32,000 nt of DNA from NCBI RefSeq assembly GCF_001735745.1, contig NZ_CP017260.1:1950001-1982000 (forward strand), read 5' to 3'. The notes below the pieces were generated by a model. The model was not told the DNA's origin and ran no database searches. It worked only from the letters and a program-made list of their open reading frames with translations. This document shows, piece by piece, positions 24,419 through 32,000 of this stretch (the first letter of the stretch is position 1; each line of letters opens with the position of its first letter). The stretch is from Formosa sp. Hel1_33_131 (lineage in GTDB: Bacteria > Bacteroidota > Bacteroidia > Flavobacteriales > Flavobacteriaceae). Position numbers and translations under genes: made by a program.

Positions 24419-27289
24419 TTATGGATTAGAGACTTTAGAAATTTCTGTTAATTGATTTTTTTGTTGTGCTTTTATAAGAGTTCCATCTGTACCATTCCAA
24501 ACTTTGTTTTCTATTTGGTCATAATCAATAGCAATAGGGTCTTTATAGTAGATAACTCTTAATCCATCTGTATCAGCAGGAGTAAGTATATATGCTGGAT
24601 TTATTGCTACTGCATTTGTTATATCAATATAAGACCTCAAATTAACTTCTTGAGATATTGTCAGAGCATCTTTTCTTTCCAAGTGTACAACTGGTGCATT
24701 AATTCTTATACTATCTTGTAACAAGTCCACTGCCCCTGTTGCGTTACTTGTCAGAACTAAATCAAGAGCTATTTCATCTTCAAATATTCTATGAGACACT
24801 GCTTTTGCCTGTTCAAGGGTAAGCTCCATTTCTCCAAACTTATATGTAAGGATTCCCCCTACATTACTTGCATCTATGTTCGCAACTTGTGTAGAAACAT
24901 CCAGTGCAGTGTTTACAAAAGCTTCACTTTCATAATTTATATCTATAGTAGTTGGTTCATTAATTGTTTGAGTTATATACACTATTTTTTTACCTAAACT
25001 CCAAATAGCATATTCAACTACTGTCCCAATTGCAACTTGTGTTGTTATTGATGTTACACCCTGAGTATATGCAATACTTGTTCCTTTGATTGTGAAGTTA
25101 GCAGGAGCAGATATTTTTACAATCATTCCATTAGCGTCTTCATAAGGCATTGAAATAGTTTCAGAAGCTGTTACTGATATTGTTCCTGTTCCTTGTAATT
25201 TCAATGTTTTGAATTTAGTTCCTTCATCTAAATCACTCGCTTTTATTGTGATAGTTTTTGTTCCTGTATCTACCGCAAAGACACTTCCTGCTTTGTCATA
25301 TACTAAAATATTCCACCCAGTTTCTAAAATAAGTTCTGTTCCATTTCCTGTAAAAAGCAAATCACTAAGACTTGGAACTTCCACATTCGCACTATCTACT
25401 TTCCAAGACTTGGCTCTATCATACAGTTGATCGAGGTTGTCGATGGTAGTATAAGCATCAACTGTCGCTTTGATGATTTGGGAAATATTATTATCATCAA
25501 ACAAAGTCCACCTTAAATCTAAATTGCCGTTACCTAAAAGATTTACGGCGGTTTGTGATATTTGATGATTATAACTATAAAAATAAACTGTATCATCCCC
25601 AGTATTATTATTATCCGTGTTTTTAAAGTCAAAAGTAGGTGTAGCACCTGCTGCCCCGCCTCCTGTGCTTGTATTACGATATGCAATACTTACGACCTTA
25701 TCAACACTGGCAATCCCACTCGCATTTGTCGTCCCCACAGCATTTTCATCTGCCGAATAATCGGAATCTCTATTCCCATTATCAACATCTTCTGAAAACA
25801 CTACAGCTCCTTCAATAGGACTTCCCGTAGAGTCTTCTATTGTTGCATCTATTCCTTTCGTAAATCTAAAACTTGTATTAGATGTATTATTTTGCCCAAG
25901 TAAAAATCCTTTTTGGTCTAAATAATTTTTTAGTTCAAAAAACTGTCCCTCAGCTGGATTCCCGAAGACCCCGACATTTCCTACTGCTCCTATTGCTCCA
26001 AGGTCTTCAAAGGTTCTCGGTGTTGTTGATGTTGTTGGTGGTAATGAAACAAAAATCATACGACCTCCGAATAACCGCACCCCATTAAACGCTGTTGGTT
26101 CTGTGAGAAGGTAAGTAGGGTTAACATTATATAGGTCTAATCCGTTTACATTCGTATTGGTCCCCCACATACGCATATTTGCCAAAACAGCACGACTACG
26201 AATCAAAGCATTTGTTGCTGTAAATGTTCCAGCTGCTGCAAATTCAAAGACCCCATCACATTCCACCCCTGCTCCGTTTAAAGTGAAACTTCCATTATTT
26301 AATAACCAACTTTGTGCTGGATCAAAGTCTGAACCAGCTCTTTCTATGTAAATGCCTATTTCTTTTGTATATTCCGTGTGTGTGCCATAAACTTTAGTTC
26401 CGTTTACAGTTATACTTCCTCCTGCATTAGTAGTTAGAGAAAGAAAGCCTGATGCTAAACCAAAAGCTAATTTTTCTGTTATGGCATCATAACTCAATGT
26501 TCCTGCTACAACCAAAATAAGATTGTTTAAATCATATAAAGTAGCCCCACCCATTAGCTTGGAGGTAACTCCTGTTATAACAGAAAGACCAGATAGGTTA
26601 GTGTCTGTTCCTGATTGTGTAATAGCTACCCCTGCGAGGGTAAAAGTTGAACTGATACATCGAGATAAATATTTATTTATATCTGTTGCATTTTTTTCTA
26701 TAATCTCTTGAATCTTGATATTTATTACTGCTTTTTCCTTTTCTGTACGATACGGAGCAACAAAAGGAAAGGGCACTGGTTCTATAACTTTCTTCAATAT
26801 ATTCTCACACTTCACAAGGTTTATCTTATGACTCTTTTTACTTTTCAGTAAATCTACTGTGATTTTTAACCCTTCTACATCACAAAGATATTCCCAATCA
26901 ACAAAAGGTTTTATTTTTGTTGTGTAAAACTCTTTTGAAATTGCGTAAGAACCGTCCTTTCTCATAGACTTATAAAAATAGACAAGAGACTTGTTTAAAC
27001 TGTATTTTTCAATTTGCTTTTCTGTTAGTTCTCTCTGGTATCTGGCTACTTCATTATTTATTTCTTCATCATTTAAAGATAATAAGTAATCAAGTTCTTT
27101 AACATCTAATAATGTGTATTGTCCTGCAATGAAACGTAGGGTTCTTATATCTTTTAAATCGCCATAGAAATTATCCTCTTCTTTATAGCCTGGATAAATA
27201 AGAGAATTTATTTCTTGATTTTGAGCAAACACTAATTCCTTATGTTTCAATAAGTTTTCAATATTTTGTAGTGAATTTTTAAATGCCAT
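24419..27289 (-). CDS. large tailspike / tail fibre-like protein (956 aa)
   Basis: Size and position support the call. It has long G/T/N/S-rich beta-strand-like repeats suggestive of a beta-helix. A carboxypeptidase-regulatory-like stretch reads DATIEDSTGSPIEGAVVFSED. The function is an inference. Confidence 0.5.
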   Translation of the reverse strand: MAFKNSLQNIENLLKHKELVFAQNQEINSLIYPGYKEEDNFYGDLKDIRTLRFIAGQYTLLDVKELDYLLSLNDEEINNEVARYQRELTEKQIEKYSLNKSLVYFYKSMRKDGSYAISKEFYTTKIKPFVDWEYLCDVEGLKITVDLLKSKKSHKINLVKCENILKKVIEPVPFPFVAPYRTEKEKAVINIKIQEIIEKNATDINKYLSRCISSTFTLAGVAITQSGTDTNLSGLSVITGVTSKLMGGATLYDLNNLILVVAGTLSYDAITEKLAFGLASGFLSLTTNAGGSITVNGTKVYGTHTEYTKEIGIYIERAGSDFDPAQSWLLNNGSFTLNGAGVECDGVFEFAAAGTFTATNALIRSRAVLANMRMWGTNTNVNGLDLYNVNPTYLLTEPTAFNGVRLFGGRMIFVSLPPTTSTTPRTFEDLGAIGAVGNVGVFGNPAEGQFFELKNYLDQKGFLLGQNNTSNTSFRFTKGIDATIEDSTGSPIEGAVVFSEDVDNGNRDSDYSADENAVGTTNASGIASVDKVVSIAYRNTSTGGGAAGATPTFDFKNTDNNNTGDDTVYFYSYNHQISQTAVNLLGNGNLDLRWTLFDDNNISQIIKATVDAYTTIDNLDQLYDRAKSWKVDSANVEVPSLSDLLFTGNGTELILETGWNILVYDKAGSVFAVDTGTKTITIKASDLDEGTKFKTLKLQGTGTISVTASETISMPYEDANGMIVKISAPANFTIKGTSIAYTQGVTSITTQVAIGTVVEYAIWSLGKKIVYITQTINEPTTIDINYESEAFVNTALDVSTQVANIDASNVGGILTYKFGEMELTLEQAKAVSHRIFEDEIALDLVLTSNATGAVDLLQDSIRINAPVVHLERKDALTISQEVNLRSYIDITNAVAINPAYILTPADTDGLRVIYYKDPIAIDYDQIENKVWNGTDGTLIKAQQKNQLTEISKVSNP

Positions 27290-27308
27290 AGTGTTATTAT
27301 ATTAAAAA

Positions 27309-27767
27309 TTAAGAATAACTCAAACCTTGACAAATCACCAAAGTTAAAGGCTGTGTTGTTTGTCCTCCATTATTAGTTTCCGTTGCTGTTGTTTGTGTAT
27401 TATCAGCAATAGTATTTCTATTTACATACCAGTCGCCATTGGAACGAAGTCCTGATATATAGACATAGGTCGCATCATCGAAATAAAGAGTGTTACTCCC
27501 TTGCAACCCCATGCCGTTGCCCCCGCCTTTTTTAAAAACCGTTTTTTTGAGCTCGTTTAAAAATAAAATTTCCGTAGCAAAATCTGCACGGACTAAGGTC
27601 TCAATTGTAATGTCAGAAATATGAAAAGATCCGCCGTTCAACCATTTTTCTGAATGCACGTTAAAAAGACTTATTGTTGTACTTTCTTTTTTTACATCGT
27701 AAATTTTTGGATATAATACGCCATCGAGCTCGAAGTGAGAATCTGAAACGGATTTGAATATTGCCAT
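27309..27767 (-). CDS. hypothetical structural protein (152 aa)
   Basis: It is an ORF in a tight operon. I recognise no family. Confidence 0.55.
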   Translation of the reverse strand: MAIFKSVSDSHFELDGVLYPKIYDVKKESTTISLFNVHSEKWLNGGSFHISDITIETLVRADFATEILFLNELKKTVFKKGGGNGMGLQGSNTLYFDDATYVYISGLRSNGDWYVNRNTIADNTQTTATETNNGGQTTQPLTLVICQGLSYS

Positions 27768-27779
27768 GATTATTTTGTT

Positions 27780-28172
27780 TTAAAGTTGCGAGATAGGTGT
27801 CCATGCAGCAAAAAAATCAGCATTTCCGGGTCCATTATATTCTGCGAAAACCCAAAATTCCGTTGCGCTTTTTCTGCCATTCGCAATCAAATCTCCATCT
27901 TGAAATGTTGATCCATCACTTCCATAAACGGGTATATAATCAAAAACGACACCTTCGACAATGTGTGTTTTTCGAGGTGAAAGATTTGCTAATTTTTGTT
28001 TTTCAAGGGTTGTAAAATCATTTGTTGACAAATCTTTTCCTGTTACTTTATCAACTTTTGTAGCTTTTAAATCAACATCGTTCGCAATTAGGATTCGCAT
28101 GTTGGTCCGTAAGCCTGCGCCTTGATTGTTATTGGGAGTGGTCCCCGTATTTATTGTTGCAGTGAATGCCAT
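27780..28172 (-). CDS. small fibre-motif protein (130 aa)
   Basis: It contains KVDKVTGKDLSTNDFTTLEKQKLANL. I recall the GK-x-LS-x-ND(F/Y)T...K-x-KL motif recurring in phage tail-fibre and decoration proteins. Confidence 0.5.
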   Translation of the reverse strand: MAFTATINTGTTPNNNQGAGLRTNMRILIANDVDLKATKVDKVTGKDLSTNDFTTLEKQKLANLSPRKTHIVEGVVFDYIPVYGSDGSTFQDGDLIANGRKSATEFWVFAEYNGPGNADFFAAWTPISQL

Positions 28173-28174
28173 AT

Positions 28175-28291
28175 CTAATCTATATCACAGGTTATATCTT
28201 CGCTGTCGCACGTAATTATTTCCGAGTCGCTTTTAAAAGACCCAAAGAGCGATTGGACAATTTTTTTAATTACACTGAATGCTGTTATCAT
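28175..28291 (-). CDS. possible small ORF (38 aa, MITAFSVIKKIVQSLFGSFKSDSEIITCDSEDITCDID)
   Basis: This ORF is not in the supplied track because it is under 60 aa. Its ATG lies exactly 24 nt after conserved motif copy 2. That spacing equals the one between copy 3 and the ATG at 30976. Its stop is 2 nt before the ATG at 28172. Confidence 0.35.
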   Translation of the reverse strand: MITAFSVIKKIVQSLFGSFKSDSEIITCDSEDITCDID

Positions 28292-28315
28292 GTTACAAAC
28301 ATAGCTTCACCCTAC

Positions 28316-28335
28316 TTTTTAAAATAGGACATAAA
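28316..28335 (-). promoter_or_regulatory. conserved prophage motif, copy 2 (minus strand TTTATGTCCTATTTTAAAAA)
   Basis: It is identical over 20 nt to copy 3. It abuts the stop codon of the 317-aa gene (28336). Confidence 0.5.
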
Positions 28336-29289
28336 TTATAAGACCCCTACAATTGACTTTGTATCTGTGAGATGTACGTGGTCTGGTGTTTTTTTTACGG
28401 TGTATTCTGAGAAGTCGGTAGCATTGGCCGTGATAACCCCTAGTGCTATTTTTAAATATTCTTCTCCTTCGATGCGTTTGTTTTCTTTGGTGCGAGTAAG
28501 AAAATCATTGATTTTTAAATTGACATTCGTCACGTTTTTTTCATAGGGCAATACGTCGAATTTCATGTGAATGCCTTGAGCATCGAGGACAAACATTCCG
28601 TTGTCGACTGTTTTCATAATGGTAAAGGCAACAATGGATTGTTGTAATATTTTTTTGACTTCGATTCGGTGAGCGTTTGTTTGCTTGGTTTTTAAAGCGA
28701 TTAATAATTCCGATCCAATAACAGGTTCTATAAATTGATCTTCACAAACTTTAATATTTGGACGCATGGCCACAAAAGTTTGACGACTGTTGAAAATATG
28801 GTAGTAGGAATTAAAAATTGATGTTTTATTGACCAATAATCCTTTGTAAACGGTGTAGTTATCAGATTGAATCCACGGATCAAACTTCGTTGGTTTTTCT
28901 TCCATGAGCTCCAGAAGTTCGTCGAGTGCTTCGTGTCCGGACTTTTTAAAGGATCGTTGCAGCTCTTTGAATTGTTTGTCTGAAGCCGTTTTTGTGTGTT
29001 CTGAATCAACAACGTGTATTCCAGAATCATTTATCTGTACTGCCAAAACTGGAAGCCCTAAATAATACGCAAAATTTGCAACAGCTTCCTGTGCGAGTTG
29101 TTGTCCAGACAGTGTGATAGGGTCTGTGATTGGCGCGGTCGCATCAAAGATTGCAAATTGTGCTGCACCAATTAGCGGCTTTAAAAAATTGCGTTCTGCT
29201 TTTTTGATATAAGGCGCCAAGGTTTCAATAGAAACAGAATTATTGACGGTTAAATATTCAAGGAGTGTATCGGTGTTTTTGATTATCAT
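28336..29289 (-). CDS. hypothetical head-module protein (317 aa)
   Basis: It forms an ATGA overlap with the portal-like gene. The N-terminal LAPYIKKAERNFLKPLIG vaguely resembles head-tail connector proteins. I do not recognise it as a capsid protein. Confidence 0.6.
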   Translation of the reverse strand: MIIKNTDTLLEYLTVNNSVSIETLAPYIKKAERNFLKPLIGAAQFAIFDATAPITDPITLSGQQLAQEAVANFAYYLGLPVLAVQINDSGIHVVDSEHTKTASDKQFKELQRSFKKSGHEALDELLELMEEKPTKFDPWIQSDNYTVYKGLLVNKTSIFNSYYHIFNSRQTFVAMRPNIKVCEDQFIEPVIGSELLIALKTKQTNAHRIEVKKILQQSIVAFTIMKTVDNGMFVLDAQGIHMKFDVLPYEKNVTNVNLKINDFLTRTKENKRIEGEEYLKIALGVITANATDFSEYTVKKTPDHVHLTDTKSIVGVL

Positions 29290-30635
29290 AATTGCGCGGC
29301 TTTTTGTGTTCCTGTTGGGTTTTTATCAAGCGTTGTTAATACGGTGTCTTCAAAACCACCAACGAGGGTGGCATCCCATCCGTTATAGTCTTGAATAAAT
29401 TCAAAGGGTTCTAAGGTGGTGTCTCTATTGCTTTTCATGAGCGCAGAAAGTATAAACCACGCTTCTCGCTTGTCGGATCCAGAGCCCGCGCCAATACTAG
29501 CACCGGGAATGCCTGCACCAATTAATGAGGGATCGACTCCAGCAGCGGTTAATGCAGCTTGGATACCAGCACTTGTATCGTCTAAGTATGCGCCGTCATT
29601 CGTTCCTTTTTCAATTTCGGTGATTTTTAGTCCGGGCTGTGGCGTACCGTTGTCGTCTTTATAAATCATAGACATGATGGACTTACCACCGTTCTCAACT
29701 CCTCTAAGTGAGTTATCTAAGTTTTCTACAAACTGAGAGCGAATCTCTTGACGTTTGGCTGGGGTGAATGTTTTCCAATCTTCTTTGTAAGTGCGTTCAA
29801 AATATTCATCGAAGACTTCGACGTGAAAATTAACATTCATTTTATCCTCTAAAAAGGCTTTTTTGAATTTTGGAATCGAATTGATAATGTCTAACCATCC
29901 ACTGCTATCAATAGATTGCCACTCTGGATCTGGATAATAATTTTCGTTGATAAGTGGGTAAAATATCGGACGTATAAAGTTCCGTATTTTATATTTTTTG
30001 CAGTGTTCTTTGACTTCTTCAGCACTCCAATAGCTGTCAATCAATGGTACTTTGGTTACATACTTTGAAGCCACATCAACGCCTTCTTCCCATTTGGAAG
30101 ATATGTACATATTTTTAATGGAACGCGTGTTTTCATCCATGAGCTCGTAACGGCAATTGGCTGTTTGTTGTCTCTTAACTCGGTTGATGGTTTTGAAATC
30201 GTTTGACAAAATATACTCTGGGCATCCTAAATGCCAAAATTCTAAATCTGCAATTATTTCTTTAAAAAAACGCTTCATCTGGTTGCGCTTCCAAAATTCA
30301 TGTATATCTGGATATTGGTGAATACATTTTTGTTGAATAATCCGTTTGTCGTCTTCGTGTGATTCTGAGGCGATTATAAAGCCCGAACCGTAATGGGCTT
30401 TCCTGTTGGTTCGCAAACCAGAACGCAAGGAACCAGCACCTCTAATTTTTTTAAGAACTTTTTGAGGATAGTCATTGTTAGCACCCCAAGCTGCAACTTT
30501 ACCGTCTTCGTCATCGGTGTGTAAAATAACCGTGGTTACTTGTGCATCTGTTTTTTTACTCGAAGCAAAAGAAACGACCGCTTTTACATTGCCACCTGTA
30601 ACGGCTACATCATTGCCGTAAAATTGTGTGCTCAT
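29286..30635 (-). CDS. putative portal protein (449 aa)
   Basis: Its size and its position one gene downstream of the terminase large subunit support the call. It has a G/S-rich acidic loop, GASIGAGSGSDKREAW. The assignment rests mainly on synteny. Confidence 0.5.
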   Translation of the reverse strand: MSTQFYGNDVAVTGGNVKAVVSFASSKKTDAQVTTVILHTDDEDGKVAAWGANNDYPQKVLKKIRGAGSLRSGLRTNRKAHYGSGFIIASESHEDDKRIIQQKCIHQYPDIHEFWKRNQMKRFFKEIIADLEFWHLGCPEYILSNDFKTINRVKRQQTANCRYELMDENTRSIKNMYISSKWEEGVDVASKYVTKVPLIDSYWSAEEVKEHCKKYKIRNFIRPIFYPLINENYYPDPEWQSIDSSGWLDIINSIPKFKKAFLEDKMNVNFHVEVFDEYFERTYKEDWKTFTPAKRQEIRSQFVENLDNSLRGVENGGKSIMSMIYKDDNGTPQPGLKITEIEKGTNDGAYLDDTSAGIQAALTAAGVDPSLIGAGIPGASIGAGSGSDKREAWFILSALMKSNRDTTLEPFEFIQDYNGWDATLVGGFEDTVLTTLDKNPTGTQKAAQL

Positions 30636-30976
30636 TAGTAGTGTGTTTTTTTTCCATTAATCGAGGTGATTAATCGGATATGAATTTTTTTAGTTTCTCC
30701 GTTTTGAAGTTCTAAATTTCTGGTTCGGTTTTCGTAATGCCGTGGGTTTCGTTTCACTCCTGTTGGTGATTGCAATGCAACCAACATAGAAGCCATTGAA
30801 GGTGTGGATTTTTTGGAGCGTAATTTTTTGACTTGATTATATTCTAAATGCTTGCCTCCTGTTTTTGAAAATTTTTGATAAGTTCTAAACGTCACATCAA
30901 AAGGAATTGCGTTCCCTTCATGATCGACTCTGTCTATAATTGCGACGGCAGATTTAAAATCAAATCTATTTTTCAT
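30635..30976 (-). CDS. hypothetical basic protein (113 aa)
   Basis: The ORF begins 24 nt after conserved motif copy 3 and has a 1-nt overlap with the portal-like gene. I recognise no family. Confidence 0.55.
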   Translation of the reverse strand: MKNRFDFKSAVAIIDRVDHEGNAIPFDVTFRTYQKFSKTGGKHLEYNQVKKLRSKKSTPSMASMLVALQSPTGVKRNPRHYENRTRNLELQNGETKKIHIRLITSINGKKTHY

Positions 30977-31000
30977 AATGCTAAATTAGGAGCATTGCAA

Positions 31001-31020
31001 TTTTTAAAATAGGACATAAA
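31001..31020 (-). promoter_or_regulatory. conserved prophage motif, copy 3 (minus strand TTTATGTCCTATTTTAAAAA)
   Basis: It lies in the 312-bp AT-rich gap between terminase and the head genes. A 24-nt spacer separates it from the ATG at 30976. Confidence 0.5.
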
Positions 31021-31288
31021 AATTTTGTGAGAATTTGAATGAGAACTTCATTATTTTAAATCAAAACATCTGTTTTTTTCTGAATTACATTAATAAATTG
31101 TTTATTCCGTGCCAGTTTTACTGTTAAAATCTCATATTTTTTTTATTAAATTATTGATTTTCAAATTTTTATGTACTTTTTTTACCCTCTCAAATCTCTT
31201 TTTTGACAGTTCCCAACGCCGCATCCTTAGATAAATGACAATTGCCTGTATCGAAAACTAGGGATATATGAATTTTAGGTTACGAAAA

Positions 31289-32000
31289 TCAAATAAATAG
31301 AGGAAGCGTCCAGTGTTCCTTGTCTTCCTTCAATAAATCTTTGTAGATGTCCCAGATAGGGATGTCGAATGCATCCGGTAGGTGAGTGGTGTGCTGTTGC
31401 TTCATGCTCTGGTTACGTTCGTCCTTCTTGACCTTCTGAATGCCATTCTTATCCTCAGCAGCTTCAGCGCGCTCGAGTCCAATGATAAGATCCGGGTTGT
31501 TTTGTTCGTTGATTGCGATGGATGGATAACGTGAACTGGTAGCCTTCAGCATCATGTTCATGAGTATATATTTCCCATTGTGAGGGGCCACAGGCTTACC
31601 TTTACTCTTATCATACACCGTCCACCCCTTCGATTCCAGTAGCCGCACGAGGACATCGCCATAGGTGTCGTTCGTACCCTTCTTGACTCGGGCGTTACCA
31701 TCGTGACCATAATAGAGGTGAAGGACCTTGTTAGGCAGCGGCGCATAGTATTCCACAAAGTTATTAACGAGATCCTCGAGGTCTCGTGTCTCACTAGACT
31801 GAGACGCCCACATGGATTTAAGTACTTTGTATTGATTAGGCAAAGATTGACTAATCACAGCAGAGATAAATACCCCCCAATCGATCGAAAGGATAAGAGG
31901 ACGCCCCTTATCAATGTCATTGTCCTGTTTACAATTGAAAGACTTCTCTGTATAATTAGCGGTAATTCCCTCCAGATAATCGTTATTATAATCGGTATAA
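31289..32000 (-). CDS. terL: terminase large subunit, C-terminal nuclease domain (5' part outside the window)
   Basis: The tracked start at 31858 is a GTG. The same frame stays open to nt 32000 and reads ...YTDYNNDYLEGITANYTEKSFNCKQDNDIDKGRPLILSIDWGVFISAV.... The RNase-H-like acidic motifs are LILSIDWG, LYYGHDGNA and HLPDAFD. Confidence 0.7.
   Translation of the reverse strand, partial: YTDYNNDYLEGITANYTEKSFNCKQDNDIDKGRPLILSIDWGVFISAVISQSLPNQYKVLKSMWASQSSETRDLEDLVNNFVEYYAPLPNKVLHLYYGHDGNARVKKGTNDTYGDVLVRLLESKGWTVYDKSKGKPVAPHNGKYILMNMMLKATSSRYPSIAINEQNNPDLIIGLERAEAAEDKNGIQKVKKDERNQSMKQQHTTHLPDAFDIPIWDIYKDLLKEDKEHWTLPLFI

Larger units (their letters stand above)
10137..32000 (-). mobile_element. 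integrated tailed prophage (siphovirus-like), left end at the tRNA-Arg 3' end, right end beyond the window
   Basis: A tRNA is followed directly by a tyrosine integrase. A single-orientation block then carries tape measure, tail tip, lysis, fibre, portal-like and terminase genes. No second att copy was seen inside the window. Confidence 0.85.

Noticed and set aside
1-32000. CRISPR arrays, rRNA genes, IS elements, and N-terminally extended or nested track ORFs (for example 72-260, 867-1133, 6924-7166, 25209-26711 plus strand, 28728-29030, 31558-31794)
   Set aside because: I saw no regularly spaced direct repeats, rRNA-like sequence or transposase. The nested ORFs lie within, or antisense to, well-supported longer genes and have no independent support. 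The extended starts at 3349, 10231, 19608 and 21926 were replaced by internal ATGs, as explained in the features.

Overview
This is a low-GC chromosome segment that looks Bacteroidota/Flavobacteriia-like: no Shine-Dalgarno sequences, TTG/TAnnTTTG-type promoters, and a Bacteroidota-type integrase. Positions 1-10.0 kb are an ordinary, tightly packed housekeeping block. It holds an ABC exporter (truncated by the window edge), cdaA, folP, a DUF1599-like gene, a DoxX/MauE-like membrane protein, an ABC permease, a TlpA-like thioredoxin, tpiA, prmA, clpS and an MBL-rhodanese fusion. It also holds a decayed HMA-domain gene remnant. A tRNA-Arg(ACG) at 10063-10136 is followed directly by a tyrosine integrase. 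After that come more than 21 kb of minus-strand prophage genes running to the window edge. In order these are a tail-tip protein with a PKD domain, a Dit-like protein, a 925-aa tape measure, an accessory island, and two unassigned virion genes. Then come a lysis cassette (M15 endolysin plus three membrane proteins), 458-aa and 956-aa fibre/tailspike-like proteins, a putative portal, and the 3' part of terminase large subunit, which is open to nt 32000. The best candidate for something undescribed is the accessory island at 18.1-20.2 kb inside the tail module. Two diverged copies of a 61-aa gene, each with its own terminator, bracket a very AT-rich orphan gene there. Other non-standard signals are a 20-nt motif conserved three times at operon heads (candidate phage-specific promoter), a GC-rich structured element with GNRA and UUCG tetraloops, a signal-peptide-bearing fibre-like protein, and a tRNA with an apparent compensatory A19:U56 elbow pair. 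I saw no CRISPR array, rRNA, DGR or recognisable defence enzymes. I cannot identify a major capsid or tail-tube protein, and many prophage proteins are unassignable by eye.
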